Shown: one piece after another, positions 45,770 to 55,383 of the stretch
How the letters are laid out: every line of letters begins with the position of its first letter
Position numbering within the stretch: the stretch's first letter is position 1
Origin: a virus
DNA: 64,000 nt
Direction: 5' to 3' (one strand)
IMG/VR virus record: IMGVR_UViG_3300023174_000050
Location: 126,132 to 190,131 of that record
Notes under the pieces: model-generated
What the model was told of the DNA's origin: nothing
Database searches by the model: none
The model's input: the letters and a program-made list of their open reading frames with translations, nothing else
Position numbers and translations under genes: made by a program

Positions 45770-46333
45770 ATGACACACAATTTTGAAGACCCAGTAATTC
45801 GTAAAGAAGCAAAGCGTTTACATTTAATTCGTCGTATTGATGCAAGACCATTAACTGAAGAAGAAGATGCCATGGCAACTGCCTTTGGTAAATGGGACTA
45901 TCAAAAGAAGAAAGATAATTTGACTCCCTCACAAAAAGAAGCTATTCGTAAAAAAGTACGAGAAGTTGCGAGAGCAAAAAAAGCATTACCTGAGAACTTT
46001 GGTAAGCTTGAATTTACTGCTCTAAAGAATCGAGTTAAAGCAAAGGCCAAGGATGGTCGAGTAATGGGTTTCAACCTTACTCCTGAGTATATTCAAAAGG
46101 TTTTTGATGAGTGCAAAGGCAAGTGCACACTAACAGGTATTGATTACAGTATGGAATTAGGTACCAAAAAGAAACGTAATCCGTTTCGCCCTAGTGTGGA
46201 TCGTATCAGTTCCAGCAAAGGATATGTCAAGGGTAACATTCAAATTGTTTTAGCAATTGTGAACACTATGAAAATGGACTACACCGACGATATTTTACAT
46301 CCGGTAATTAAGGCATGGGCTGCCAAAATTTAA
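45770..46333 (+). CDS. HNH-like endonuclease
   Basis: CTLTG...PSVDRISSSKGYVKGNIQIV...N. Confidence 0.65.
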   Translation: MTHNFEDPVIRKEAKRLHLIRRIDARPLTEEEDAMATAFGKWDYQKKKDNLTPSQKEAIRKKVREVARAKKALPENFGKLEFTALKNRVKAKAKDGRVMGFNLTPEYIQKVFDECKGKCTLTGIDYSMELGTKKKRNPFRPSVDRISSSKGYVKGNIQIVLAIVNTMKMDYTDDILHPVIKAWAAKI

Positions 46334-46349
46334 AGTTAAAAACCCCTTT

Positions 46350-46374
46350 AGGGCGCTTCGGCGCCCTTTTTTTT
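46350..46374 (+). terminator. intrinsic terminator
   Basis: AGGGCGC-TTCG-GCGCCCT plus a run of T. Confidence 0.9.
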
Positions 46375-46400
46375 GCTTAGTTTACACTAATGTCTGTAGG

Positions 46401-46408
46401 TATAAATA
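46401..46408 (+). promoter_or_regulatory. T4-type late promoter
   Basis: TATAAATA just after the terminator. Confidence 0.7.
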
Positions 46409-46433
46409 TTATGTACTTATATAAGGGCGTATC

Positions 46434-46667
46434 ATGGAATCATTCAAAAGTTATGTAGAAAAACATACACCAAAGCTAGTCCAAAAACTACACCATCCCG
46501 ATAAAACCAATTATAATTTATACGCGAAGGGCAATGGATCACATCATATTAAAGATATCCACGGTGAAGTATTACACACATTCAAAGGAATGTCTGCAAA
46601 AGAAATAGTAACTTCATTAAAAGGATTGGGATTTAAGGAAGGGCACCATGCTAAATTCCATAAGTGA
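46434..46667 (+). CDS. hypothetical protein
   Basis: 77 aa ORF after a late promoter. Confidence 0.6.
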   Translation: MESFKSYVEKHTPKLVQKLHHPDKTNYNLYAKGNGSHHIKDIHGEVLHTFKGMSAKEIVTSLKGLGFKEGHHAKFHK

Positions 46668-47640
46668 AAGAGCATTGCAATCTGACGCAGCAGGTGCTAA
46701 CCAGACAAGAGGTGCTTATAATGAGCATATGTTTGCCTATCATTTAAATGGTATGAAATGGACAGACTCTGATCATAAGAATCAGGCAATGAAGTTAAAG
46801 AAAAGTTTAGATTCTATAGGCCCCCAAGAAGCAAGAATACAAGATGACAGAGCGAAAGAACAAGCGTCTGCATTTTTAGATCATGCAAAAAGTTTAGGAT
46901 ATTCTGGAGTAGATGAAATACACAATACTGCGAAGGCGGGTGGTATAGAAGCTGCTACAGGAATAAAATTAAGCCAGCAGGAAAATCCATCAGATATAAT
47001 TGTAAAATTTAAAAAGAAACCGGCAAAAGCAACTCATGGATTTTTTGGCGCATCATTAAAATCTTCAACCGCAGCAAAAATTGGTTTTCACAATGGCGGC
47101 GCTGGTACTATGGATAAAGAACTTGGTACAAACATTGAGGCTATTGCAAAAGAACGACACGAAAATTTTAGAAAGAAAAATAACTTATCTACAGCAGTAG
47201 GTGAGAGAGCCAAACAAATTAAAGGCGAAGGTGACCAAAAAAGAAATAATTCTTTATATGATGCTGCATCCGAGGCGGCAAATAATACTCATGAGGATAT
47301 TAGAAATCATTTAAATGATCACTATTCTGGTATGAAACAAAAAGATTTAAAGAGTCATTTACTTAATACATTTTTAAAAGCAGATTCTAGTAAAGAAAAT
47401 ATTCCTTATGTTAAAGCACACGGAAGAGGCGGCGGCGATAAAGATGCATCTGCACATATAGAAGCACCTCACGACAATCCTGTATATCATGCAATTAAAA
47501 ATGCTAATAACATAACAATGGAAAAATCTGGTAAATCATATTTGCGAGTAATGGCAGATGGAAAGAAAGCATTTTCTATTCAAGTGAAACATAATAATGA
47601 GCCAATGGCATCGTCAATTAAAATATTAGGACAACCATGA
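46648..47640 (+). CDS. hypothetical protein, possible PD-(D/E)xK nuclease fold
   Basis: NPSDIIVK...GASLKS pattern. Confidence 0.5.
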   Translation: MLNSISERALQSDAAGANQTRGAYNEHMFAYHLNGMKWTDSDHKNQAMKLKKSLDSIGPQEARIQDDRAKEQASAFLDHAKSLGYSGVDEIHNTAKAGGIEAATGIKLSQQENPSDIIVKFKKKPAKATHGFFGASLKSSTAAKIGFHNGGAGTMDKELGTNIEAIAKERHENFRKKNNLSTAVGERAKQIKGEGDQKRNNSLYDAASEAANNTHEDIRNHLNDHYSGMKQKDLKSHLLNTFLKADSSKENIPYVKAHGRGGGDKDASAHIEAPHDNPVYHAIKNANNITMEKSGKSYLRVMADGKKAFSIQVKHNNEPMASSIKILGQP

Positions 47641-48800
47641 TATCTTTCTTTCAATATTTAACTGAAGCTAAAAGTAAAGCCATACCTCACCTATCACACT
47701 TAGGTGGCGAGGAACACTTGTATGGTAAAGATAGAGCCAATGATGAGATGTCTCGTATGGAAGACATGTCTAAGTATTTTAAAGGCGAAAAATCTAATGT
47801 AGATACTGTAGGAATTAAGGCAGACGGTTCGCCATCGTTTGAAATGGGGCACGTAGTAAATCCGCATACAGATAAAAGAGAATTTGGAGTAGCATATAAA
47901 GGTGCAGCCAAAGGTTATGCATTCTCTCAATCAGACGTTAATAGAATGTTTGGTCACAATGAGCATCTAAAATCTAAGATGTCGCAACTATTAGAACATG
48001 GACATAAGATAGTAGGACCTATACATGGTGTCATTCAGGGCGACTTTATGGGGAGCAAAAAAGATGGCACCATAAAAAAAGAAGGTAACGAAGTAACACA
48101 TAAAGAAAATTTAATTAAATATCATTATCCTGCAAATTCGGATGAGGGCAAAGAATTACAAAAAGCAAAAATAAGTGTATCCCTGCATACAAGAATAGAT
48201 AAAGAAAATCCAGAGTATAATATTGATACTAAAAAATTACACGAACACCCAGACGTACACGTATTCAATAATAAATTAAATAAAGAAAATGTACACTATA
48301 CACCTGAGGATGATAAAGAATACCAATCCAATATGGACAAGGCAAAAAAGAGTTTAGGTAAAATAAAAAATCACGATGAGCTTGTCGAAGGACACTCTGA
48401 GCATCTACAAACATACATCAATAAAACCGTTAGAGAAGGAACTGCCCCATCCGCATCCGGTTACAAGAAACATCTACACGAAAAACTAATGAAGGAAGTA
48501 GATAAGGTTTCTAGAGAAGATACTAAGAAACGCAAAAAAGAACACGCCGAATCAATGGCAGAAGATGTGGAAAATAATAAGGAAGACTTTACTCATCTTT
48601 TTACTGCGCATAAACATTTAGACAAAGCAAAGAATGTATTCTTAAGAACACTTGAGAATAGTGGACAGAATCAAAAACACACTATTAATGGTGTGTCAAC
48701 TAAGCCAGAGGGATTTGTAGTATCCTATAAAGATGGTAACCCTCGCAAGATTGTTAACCGAAGCAAAGAAGGCTTCTCCGGACAGAACTTAAACAAATGA
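47637..48800 (+). CDS. DUF6267-like protein with ligase-type nucleotidyltransferase motifs
   Basis: KADG, QGDF, EGFVV, KIVNR. Confidence 0.55.
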   Translation: MISFFQYLTEAKSKAIPHLSHLGGEEHLYGKDRANDEMSRMEDMSKYFKGEKSNVDTVGIKADGSPSFEMGHVVNPHTDKREFGVAYKGAAKGYAFSQSDVNRMFGHNEHLKSKMSQLLEHGHKIVGPIHGVIQGDFMGSKKDGTIKKEGNEVTHKENLIKYHYPANSDEGKELQKAKISVSLHTRIDKENPEYNIDTKKLHEHPDVHVFNNKLNKENVHYTPEDDKEYQSNMDKAKKSLGKIKNHDELVEGHSEHLQTYINKTVREGTAPSASGYKKHLHEKLMKEVDKVSREDTKKRKKEHAESMAEDVENNKEDFTHLFTAHKHLDKAKNVFLRTLENSGQNQKHTINGVSTKPEGFVVSYKDGNPRKIVNRSKEGFSGQNLNK

Positions 48801-49231
48801 TAAATTTTAAATCTTACATCAAAGAAGAAACAATTTTAGATGAGTTGTTTGATATAGTAGAAGACTATATAGAAACTTTATCCGCGGAACAGGGAATAGA
48901 CTCCGAAGTCCTTTGGGAACATTATGAGGATACAGATGATGATACTCTATTTGGTTTAGCCGAAGATTGGCAAGACTCCAAATACAAGAATCCAGAAGGC
49001 GGTTTGACCAAATCTGGGGTAATGGCTTATAGAAGAGAACATCCCGGAAGCAAACTACAAACTGCTGTTACTACTAAACCATCTAAACTAAAGCCCGGAA
49101 GTAAAGCAGCAAATCGTCGTAAATCCTTTTGTGCTCGTATGGGCGGAATGAAGAAGCGCTTAACATCTGCAAAGACTGCTAGAGATCCTGATTCAAGAAT
49201 CAATAAAGCTCTGCGTAAGTGGAATTGTTAA
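48797..49231 (+). CDS. conserved phage protein (DUF6321-like)
   Basis: GGLT..G..AYRREHPGSKLQTAV, RRKSFCARMGG, LRKWNC. Confidence 0.6.
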   Translation: MINFKSYIKEETILDELFDIVEDYIETLSAEQGIDSEVLWEHYEDTDDDTLFGLAEDWQDSKYKNPEGGLTKSGVMAYRREHPGSKLQTAVTTKPSKLKPGSKAANRRKSFCARMGGMKKRLTSAKTARDPDSRINKALRKWNC

Positions 49232-49316
49232 TGCTAGAATCAACCGGGGTACATAGACAATGATAACATCGAGTCAATAGAAAGTCAATATATTTTGAAT
49301 AACTTTGGAGTAGTAT

Positions 49317-49481
49317 ATGAGTTGGTATAATAGAAAACCTAGATTAAAGGAACCTAAGAAATTGATTTCTCCTAAACACATTAGTCCTGCAACGGAGAAG
49401 ATACTAAAAGATACTAAAAAAAGGGTATCAGCTAAAGAAATTGTCGATGAGAATCCAGTACACAAACATATACAGAATTAA
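49317..49481 (+). CDS. small basic protein (54 aa, not in ORF track)
   Basis: GGAG RBS; MSWYNRKPRLKEPKK... Confidence 0.5.
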   Translation: MSWYNRKPRLKEPKKLISPKHISPATEKILKDTKKRVSAKEIVDENPVHKHIQN

Positions 49482-49497
49482 CCAAACAATCAAAACA

Positions 49498-49505
49498 TAT
49501 AAATA
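49498..49505 (+). promoter_or_regulatory. T4-type late promoter
   Basis: TATAAATA upstream of 49536. Confidence 0.65.
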
Positions 49506-49535
49506 AGTAGATACAACTAAATTCTAATAGATTTC

Positions 49536-51371
49536 ATGAACTTTAAAGACTATATCAAAGAAGCCGCAGCAAAGGCTAAAAAGCCTGAGAAACCGGAGGA
49601 AACCACGGCGGTAATGGCTTTTGGCAGAATGAATCCTCCCACAGTTGGGCATGAAAAACTTATCAATAAACTACATGATGTTGCATCTGATCACAAAGGT
49701 GAGGCTCATTTATTTACATCTCATAGCCAGGGTACTGCAAAAGACCCTTTAGATCAAAAAACAAAAATTGGTTACCTTCATAGTATTGTTCCGGGCGGTA
49801 TGCAGGTACATGGTTCGACAAAAGAAAAGCCTACCTTCTTGCACGCCGCAGCAAAGTTATATGCACAAGGTCATAAACATTTGGTGATGGTTGCTGGCTC
49901 TGATAGAGTGGATGAATACAGAAACATATTGGAAAAATATAATGACGGAAAAGAACATGCACATGGCAAGTATAAATTTAAATCTATAAAGGTTGTTTCC
50001 GCTGGACAAAGAGATCCTGATGCAGAAGGCATCGAAGGTATGTCTGGAACAAAGATGCGAGATTATGCCAGGGGTAATCGTATAGATAAATTTAAGACTG
50101 GGTTGCCTGACGTATTAAAAGCTCATGCACAAGAAATTGCTAATCACATTCGTGCAGTAAAAGTCAAAGGTGTGGATATAAAAGAGGATTATGAAAATCC
50201 TTATCGCTTTGATGATGCCACTCCTCAAGGCACGGAGTATATGAAAAAGATGACTCCGGGACAAAAAATAGAATGCGTTACTGGCGTATGGAGTGAAAAA
50301 TTAGGTACCTGTGTATCTGTTAGAGAAGCTTATATACAAAACGAAATATTTAAACTTAATGATATAGTTGAAGCAATGAATGGCGACAAAGGCCCTATAG
50401 TATTCAGAGGTTCGGCGTATGTTACTATACAATTGAAAGAAGGTAAGTCTGTGAAGCATTGGTTAAAAGATATACAAGAGTCCAGTACAAAAGAAACTAT
50501 TGCTCTTACTAAACCTGCAAGAAAAGTTATAGAAAATAAAACACCTGCATTATTCATGTCTAAAAAGCAATTGGAGGAAATGAATAATAATAGAATGGAA
50601 CTGGAATATAATGGATATCAAACAGACCATTTACATATGTGCCCGGGTGCTTCTGCACAATTAAAAGAATTAATAAAAAGAACTGATTTAAATCCAACAT
50701 ATATACTACAAGCAGTTCAAGCATCAGATCAATATTTAGGTATTGAAGAAGAAGCGAAGAAAAAAGGATTTGCAGACGATCAAATGGTTCACGACTTTAA
50801 TATGAAACTTGCGATTGCTCATGACACACTTAATATGCTAGGTTATCCTGATAAAGATTTAATGTATATGTCTAAGCATATACAAGATATGGCAAAATTA
50901 TCTATGCACAAAGATGGTTCATTTGCCAACGAAACAGAAAATACAGTACCAACTTTCGGTTCAGGGGATGCGTCCGAAAGTTATATTCCTAATGTTAAGG
51001 AGACGATAACAATGTCCAATTTAAGAAAACGAATTGCGGAAATGACAAATAATGTGTCGACTCCTGCGCCCCAATATACAAACTCAGGCAATTATCCTGA
51101 AGATCCCCCTACTGCTCATAGAGATGTAAATTTATCAGGTAGTAAAGAAGTTTATCATGGTATAGATCATACTATAGATTTAAAAGGTTTTGATGGTAAA
51201 CCTCTTGGTTTAGTTTCATTTAAATCTTTTCTTGCATCACCCGAAACCAGTAAAATAGAAAAAGAAAAAGGCGACGCTATGCAAGATGTACATAGAGCAA
51301 AGGCCGAATTAGCAGTACATTCTTCTGCATATAAATTAATGAGAAAATACCAACAATCGAGTTTACCATGA
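49536..51371 (+). CDS. cytidylyltransferase-like (HxGH) nucleotidyltransferase with long C-terminal extension
   Basis: FGRMNPPTVGHEKL, VAGSDRV, GMSGTKMR. Confidence 0.75.
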   Translation: MNFKDYIKEAAAKAKKPEKPEETTAVMAFGRMNPPTVGHEKLINKLHDVASDHKGEAHLFTSHSQGTAKDPLDQKTKIGYLHSIVPGGMQVHGSTKEKPTFLHAAAKLYAQGHKHLVMVAGSDRVDEYRNILEKYNDGKEHAHGKYKFKSIKVVSAGQRDPDAEGIEGMSGTKMRDYARGNRIDKFKTGLPDVLKAHAQEIANHIRAVKVKGVDIKEDYENPYRFDDATPQGTEYMKKMTPGQKIECVTGVWSEKLGTCVSVREAYIQNEIFKLNDIVEAMNGDKGPIVFRGSAYVTIQLKEGKSVKHWLKDIQESSTKETIALTKPARKVIENKTPALFMSKKQLEEMNNNRMELEYNGYQTDHLHMCPGASAQLKELIKRTDLNPTYILQAVQASDQYLGIEEEAKKKGFADDQMVHDFNMKLAIAHDTLNMLGYPDKDLMYMSKHIQDMAKLSMHKDGSFANETENTVPTFGSGDASESYIPNVKETITMSNLRKRIAEMTNNVSTPAPQYTNSGNYPEDPPTAHRDVNLSGSKEVYHGIDHTIDLKGFDGKPLGLVSFKSFLASPETSKIEKEKGDAMQDVHRAKAELAVHSSAYKLMRKYQQSSLP

Positions 51372-51805
51372 ACGAAAATTTAATAGATGCCTTACAAAAA
51401 GTTTTATCAAATACATTTACAATGTATTATAAAGCACATTCTTCTCATTGGAATGTAGAAGGATCTAATTTCCCTCAGTATCATGAATTTTTTGAAAATA
51501 TTTATACTGAACTATGGGCAGCAGTGGATGATATTGCCGAAAAAATTAGACAACTTGATGGTTATACTCCATCATCATTGGCAGAATTAATGTCTCATTC
51601 TATGGTGTCGGAAAACACTGAGCATTTAACTGCTGCAGAATATATTTCTAAATTAATAGATGCAAATAATTTAGTATTAGCATCTTTATTAATGGCGTAT
51701 AAAGAAGCAGAAGCGGTTACTGAAATTGGTGTGTCTAATTTTATTCAGGATAGAGTAATGGCACAGCAAAAACATGGCTGGATGTTAAAATCAACAGCAA
51801 AATGA
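51368..51805 (+). CDS. dps: Dps-family ferritin-like protein
   Basis: HWNVEGSNFPQYHEFFE...DDIAEKIRQL, KHGWML. Confidence 0.9.
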   Translation: MNENLIDALQKVLSNTFTMYYKAHSSHWNVEGSNFPQYHEFFENIYTELWAAVDDIAEKIRQLDGYTPSSLAELMSHSMVSENTEHLTAAEYISKLIDANNLVLASLLMAYKEAEAVTEIGVSNFIQDRVMAQQKHGWMLKSTAK

Positions 51806-52245
51806 TTTCATTCAAAGAATTTATTGAGGTCGAAATAACTGAAGAAGATATTGATGCTTTGATAGAAAGTCTTGAATGGGAAGATGTAATAGATTTGTTT
51901 GATACTGAAGATATGATTTTAGAAGATATTAGTTCTTCGCAAAGATTAAAGATGTCAACAAAGACCAGATCAAGAAAACATTTGTTGGCGTTGGCTAGAA
52001 ATATTAAGTTAAAAAGATCTGCTGCTTTGCCCATATTGAAAAAAAGATCTGTAACAGATGCTCGCAAATTACTCATGAGAAAATTTTTAAAGGGCAGAGA
52101 TAAGAAGCATTTATCTGCAGGCGAAAAGAATAGACTTGAAACACGTGTAGCTGCAGCATTATCCATGATGAAAAATTTACCTACAAAATTGTTACCTAAG
52201 GTAAGACAATTAGAACGAACAAGATTAGCGAACAAGGGCAAATAA
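51802..52245 (+). CDS. hypothetical protein
   Basis: 147 aa, acidic N-terminus and basic C-terminus, coupled to neighbours. Confidence 0.65.
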   Translation: MISFKEFIEVEITEEDIDALIESLEWEDVIDLFDTEDMILEDISSSQRLKMSTKTRSRKHLLALARNIKLKRSAALPILKKRSVTDARKLLMRKFLKGRDKKHLSAGEKNRLETRVAAALSMMKNLPTKLLPKVRQLERTRLANKGK

Positions 52246-53318
52246 TGAAAACATTAAGTAGTTTAAGACAGGAAGTATCCGAAGCCAAAAAAATGAAGGG
52301 TGAAGATCCTTGCTGGACAGGTTATAAGATGCTAGGTACAAAAGACAAGGGCGGCAAACAAGTTCCTAATTGTATTCCTGAAGAAATTGAATCCATTGAT
52401 GAAATATCTACAAAAGGATATTATACTGCTGCTGCCAAGAGTAGACTGAGTAATGCTGTTAAAGTAGCATCTAGTATGGGTACAGATAAACAGGCAAAGA
52501 CAAAACTTGATGCTCGCAATGCCGGAATGAAACGCGTTGAAAAACGAACTCAGGATGATATGAAAAAAGCAAACTCTGGTCCTCAAAAGCCAAGAGTAGA
52601 AAAAGAACCTACCGAAGCCGAACGTCGTGGTTACGGTCAAGGTCGCTACATGGGCGATAGTTATGAACCAAATGCTTCTACACAAATTTATGAAAAAAAT
52701 AAAGATGAGAAAGAATATGGTTATGAAGGCGACATGGCTCTAAATCAATTGAAAACATTAGTGCGATGTGCTGAAATGATTGAAGATATGCTAAAGCCAG
52801 ATACTGATTTACCAGAATGGGTTCAATCTAAAATTACTCTGGCTACTGACTACATTCAAACTGCAGCCGACTATATGTACTCTGAGATGAATGAAGAGAA
52901 TAATTTAATTGATGAAGCAGACCAAACAGACGAATCCAGAAAATCATACTATATCAATAGCAGAGCAAGAAAAGATCCTGCAGTTGCGCTTGCAAGAAAA
53001 CAAAGAAGAAACTTTAGAAATCCTCCAATGGTGAGAGGCAAAAATGTAAACTTAGAAAATGTTTCCGGGCCACTCGCCGAGGCGTTAAGTGCAAGAGATA
53101 GATTGACAATGGCTATGAATAGAGAAAAAGAAAAACGTGAAGCGCACGAAAAGGCAAGTGAAGCAAGAGAAGCTGCAAAAAAAATGTCTCAGCAACCTAC
53201 GCAACCCGAACAAAAAATTAAAGAAGGCATTGCAAGTTTAATATCTAATAATATTAAAAAAGTAACTGCAACCAAACCCACTCCTCAACAAAAGGCCGAT
53301 ATTAGGCTTAATAAATAA
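52245..53318 (+). CDS. hypothetical late protein
   Basis: DPCWTGY...VPNC and PEWVQSKITLATDYI motifs seen in T4-like late proteins. Confidence 0.65.
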   Translation: MKTLSSLRQEVSEAKKMKGEDPCWTGYKMLGTKDKGGKQVPNCIPEEIESIDEISTKGYYTAAAKSRLSNAVKVASSMGTDKQAKTKLDARNAGMKRVEKRTQDDMKKANSGPQKPRVEKEPTEAERRGYGQGRYMGDSYEPNASTQIYEKNKDEKEYGYEGDMALNQLKTLVRCAEMIEDMLKPDTDLPEWVQSKITLATDYIQTAADYMYSEMNEENNLIDEADQTDESRKSYYINSRARKDPAVALARKQRRNFRNPPMVRGKNVNLENVSGPLAEALSARDRLTMAMNREKEKREAHEKASEAREAAKKMSQQPTQPEQKIKEGIASLISNNIKKVTATKPTPQQKADIRLNK

Positions 53319-53342
53319 AAAGAACAATAGAAGGAAACCATT

Positions 53343-54389
53343 ATGAACTTACTAGACCCAACAAACCACAGAATCTCTAATAGCCTATTTGATGCTATTA
53401 ATAAAGTGAGACGCGGAGAACCTCAACAATTGGTTGAGAATGAAGAAACTTCTGTAGAAGAAGGTAGAGTAGATGGTGCACACTATTGCGCTACTCATGT
53501 AGAACATTCTTTATATGGGGAAGGTGAATGCATCTCCGAAGATCACGCTGCACCGGATGAAAATGGAAACATTTCCTGGTACAACGTTAAATTTCCTGAT
53601 GGCAATCGCAGAATTCAAACCGAAGCAATGAAAATTAAAAAAGCTAAAATGCACGAGCATGCTATTAAAGATGGCGAAACTATTGAAGAAGCAGACACCG
53701 TAGAAGAAGGTAATGATGGTAATTTAGCAAATAACTATCCTCCATATGATAAAGTTACAAGAGGCGATGTAATTGCTGGTCGTTTGGGTAAAGACCAAAT
53801 GGGTGGTAAGAAAAAAGTTAAATCGGATGCTTCATCTGTAAAAGAATCTAGATCTAAAGGTACTGCATTTGATATGTCTATGCCAAGCCAAATTCCAAAG
53901 GCACCTGGCGAATTGACAGGTCACACTGCTAAGAAAACTAAAACCGGTGTTGAATATACTAAGAATCCACCTAAGCAGCCCAAGGATACCGGTGTTCCTC
54001 ATTCTCCAAAAAAGAAAGCAATGAAGGAAGGCATTTCTCAAACCGTTATCAATTATAATGATTTCGTTTTAGAAGTAACTGATAATCCTACATACGGCGA
54101 TTATCTAAAAGCATTGCAATCTATGGTTGGTGAATCCAACGAAGAACTACAAAAAGATATCGTTAGTATTGCTACAGAAGCATTTAACGAAAAATACGAA
54201 GATGTGATTATTGAATCGCATACTAAACAAATCTTTGAAAATAAATTTAAGCAATTCCGCGAAGCGGGTTCTAAAGTTGTAAGTGAAAGTTATATGGTAG
54301 AATCAGGTGACCCTTATGTCGAGTATGTTTTAGAAAAAAATGGTGAACGCATTCAATACATTCATATCGGAACAATAGAAAAGAAATAA
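53343..54389 (+). CDS. hypothetical late protein
   Basis: 348 aa; HYCATHVEH motif; AAGGA RBS. Confidence 0.65.
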   Translation: MNLLDPTNHRISNSLFDAINKVRRGEPQQLVENEETSVEEGRVDGAHYCATHVEHSLYGEGECISEDHAAPDENGNISWYNVKFPDGNRRIQTEAMKIKKAKMHEHAIKDGETIEEADTVEEGNDGNLANNYPPYDKVTRGDVIAGRLGKDQMGGKKKVKSDASSVKESRSKGTAFDMSMPSQIPKAPGELTGHTAKKTKTGVEYTKNPPKQPKDTGVPHSPKKKAMKEGISQTVINYNDFVLEVTDNPTYGDYLKALQSMVGESNEELQKDIVSIATEAFNEKYEDVIIESHTKQIFENKFKQFREAGSKVVSESYMVESGDPYVEYVLEKNGERIQYIHIGTIEKK

Positions 54390-54447
54390 ATTATAATCGA
54401 CAGTACAAGGTCGTTAGCTTGTTCGAAAAGACATAAAGGAGAAAATA

Positions 54448-55350
54448 ATGTCTCAATGGGGTAAATTAGATAGACAGGTAATCCCTGGCTCAGTAATAGC
54501 AAATTTAAGTAGCACAACAGTTGTTACTTCACAAGATCAACTTGCAAACATTAAAATTGGGTATGCATTAGTTTTAGGTAATGTGGAATATGTGGTTGCA
54601 AACGTTGTAAATGCAACCACATATACATTAGATGTGGCATATGAATCAGCAAACACTCAAGGAGCACAATCCTTTATAGCTGTTCAACAATCGCCAAAAA
54701 ATTTAAGAACATATGGTTGGGGCGGACACGGTGCAGCAAACTTATTATATGGTGCGAATACTGTAAATTCACGAAACGTATATGGCGTAGACATATACGA
54801 GGCAATGAGTGCTCAAAATAAAGCAAAAGGTATTTCGCATTCTGGTTGGGTGCATTATCAAACTTGGGTTAATACTCAAGGTACAACAAGAAATAGAGCT
54901 GAAGTATTGGTAGCAATGTCTAAGAACTTTAACCGTTCTAATGTAGACTTTAATATTGGTTTAGATGCAAACGAAGACGCAATCTTGGCAGACTTATCAT
55001 TATTCTTCGTAAGAGTACCTGCAGTCAATGGTCGTATTGCTAATGCGCAAACATTTAGTGCAAGCTATAGCTTTGAGGCAAATTCTACATTAGGTACACA
55101 ATACTCAGGCGCAGTACTAAGTTACAAGTGGCAAAAATCTCCAAACGCTACAGTTTGGACAGACATTATTGACGCACCATACTCAGGAAATGCTCAGTTC
55201 AGTGGCAACACTACAGCGAACTTAGTTATCTCTAACGTATTTGCAACTACTGGCACTGTAGGTATATATCTAAGAGCTATTGTTACAGCAAATGCTGCAG
55301 CAAATCTAATATCTGATCCAATACAAGTATTAGTATCGCAAGCACAATAA
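54448..55350 (+). CDS. virion structural protein with C-terminal Ig-like domain
   Basis: MSQWGK start, HSGWVHY, YKWQKS...TANLVI...YLRAIVT. Confidence 0.65.
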   Translation: MSQWGKLDRQVIPGSVIANLSSTTVVTSQDQLANIKIGYALVLGNVEYVVANVVNATTYTLDVAYESANTQGAQSFIAVQQSPKNLRTYGWGGHGAANLLYGANTVNSRNVYGVDIYEAMSAQNKAKGISHSGWVHYQTWVNTQGTTRNRAEVLVAMSKNFNRSNVDFNIGLDANEDAILADLSLFFVRVPAVNGRIANAQTFSASYSFEANSTLGTQYSGAVLSYKWQKSPNATVWTDIIDAPYSGNAQFSGNTTANLVISNVFATTGTVGIYLRAIVTANAAANLISDPIQVLVSQAQ

Positions 55351-55383
55351 TTGAATCTATAACTACAAACTAGAAAATACAGA

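Noticed and set aside
51741-52241. 166 aa minus-strand ORF
   Set aside because: Antisense to a translationally coupled plus-strand gene in a uniformly plus-strand operon.
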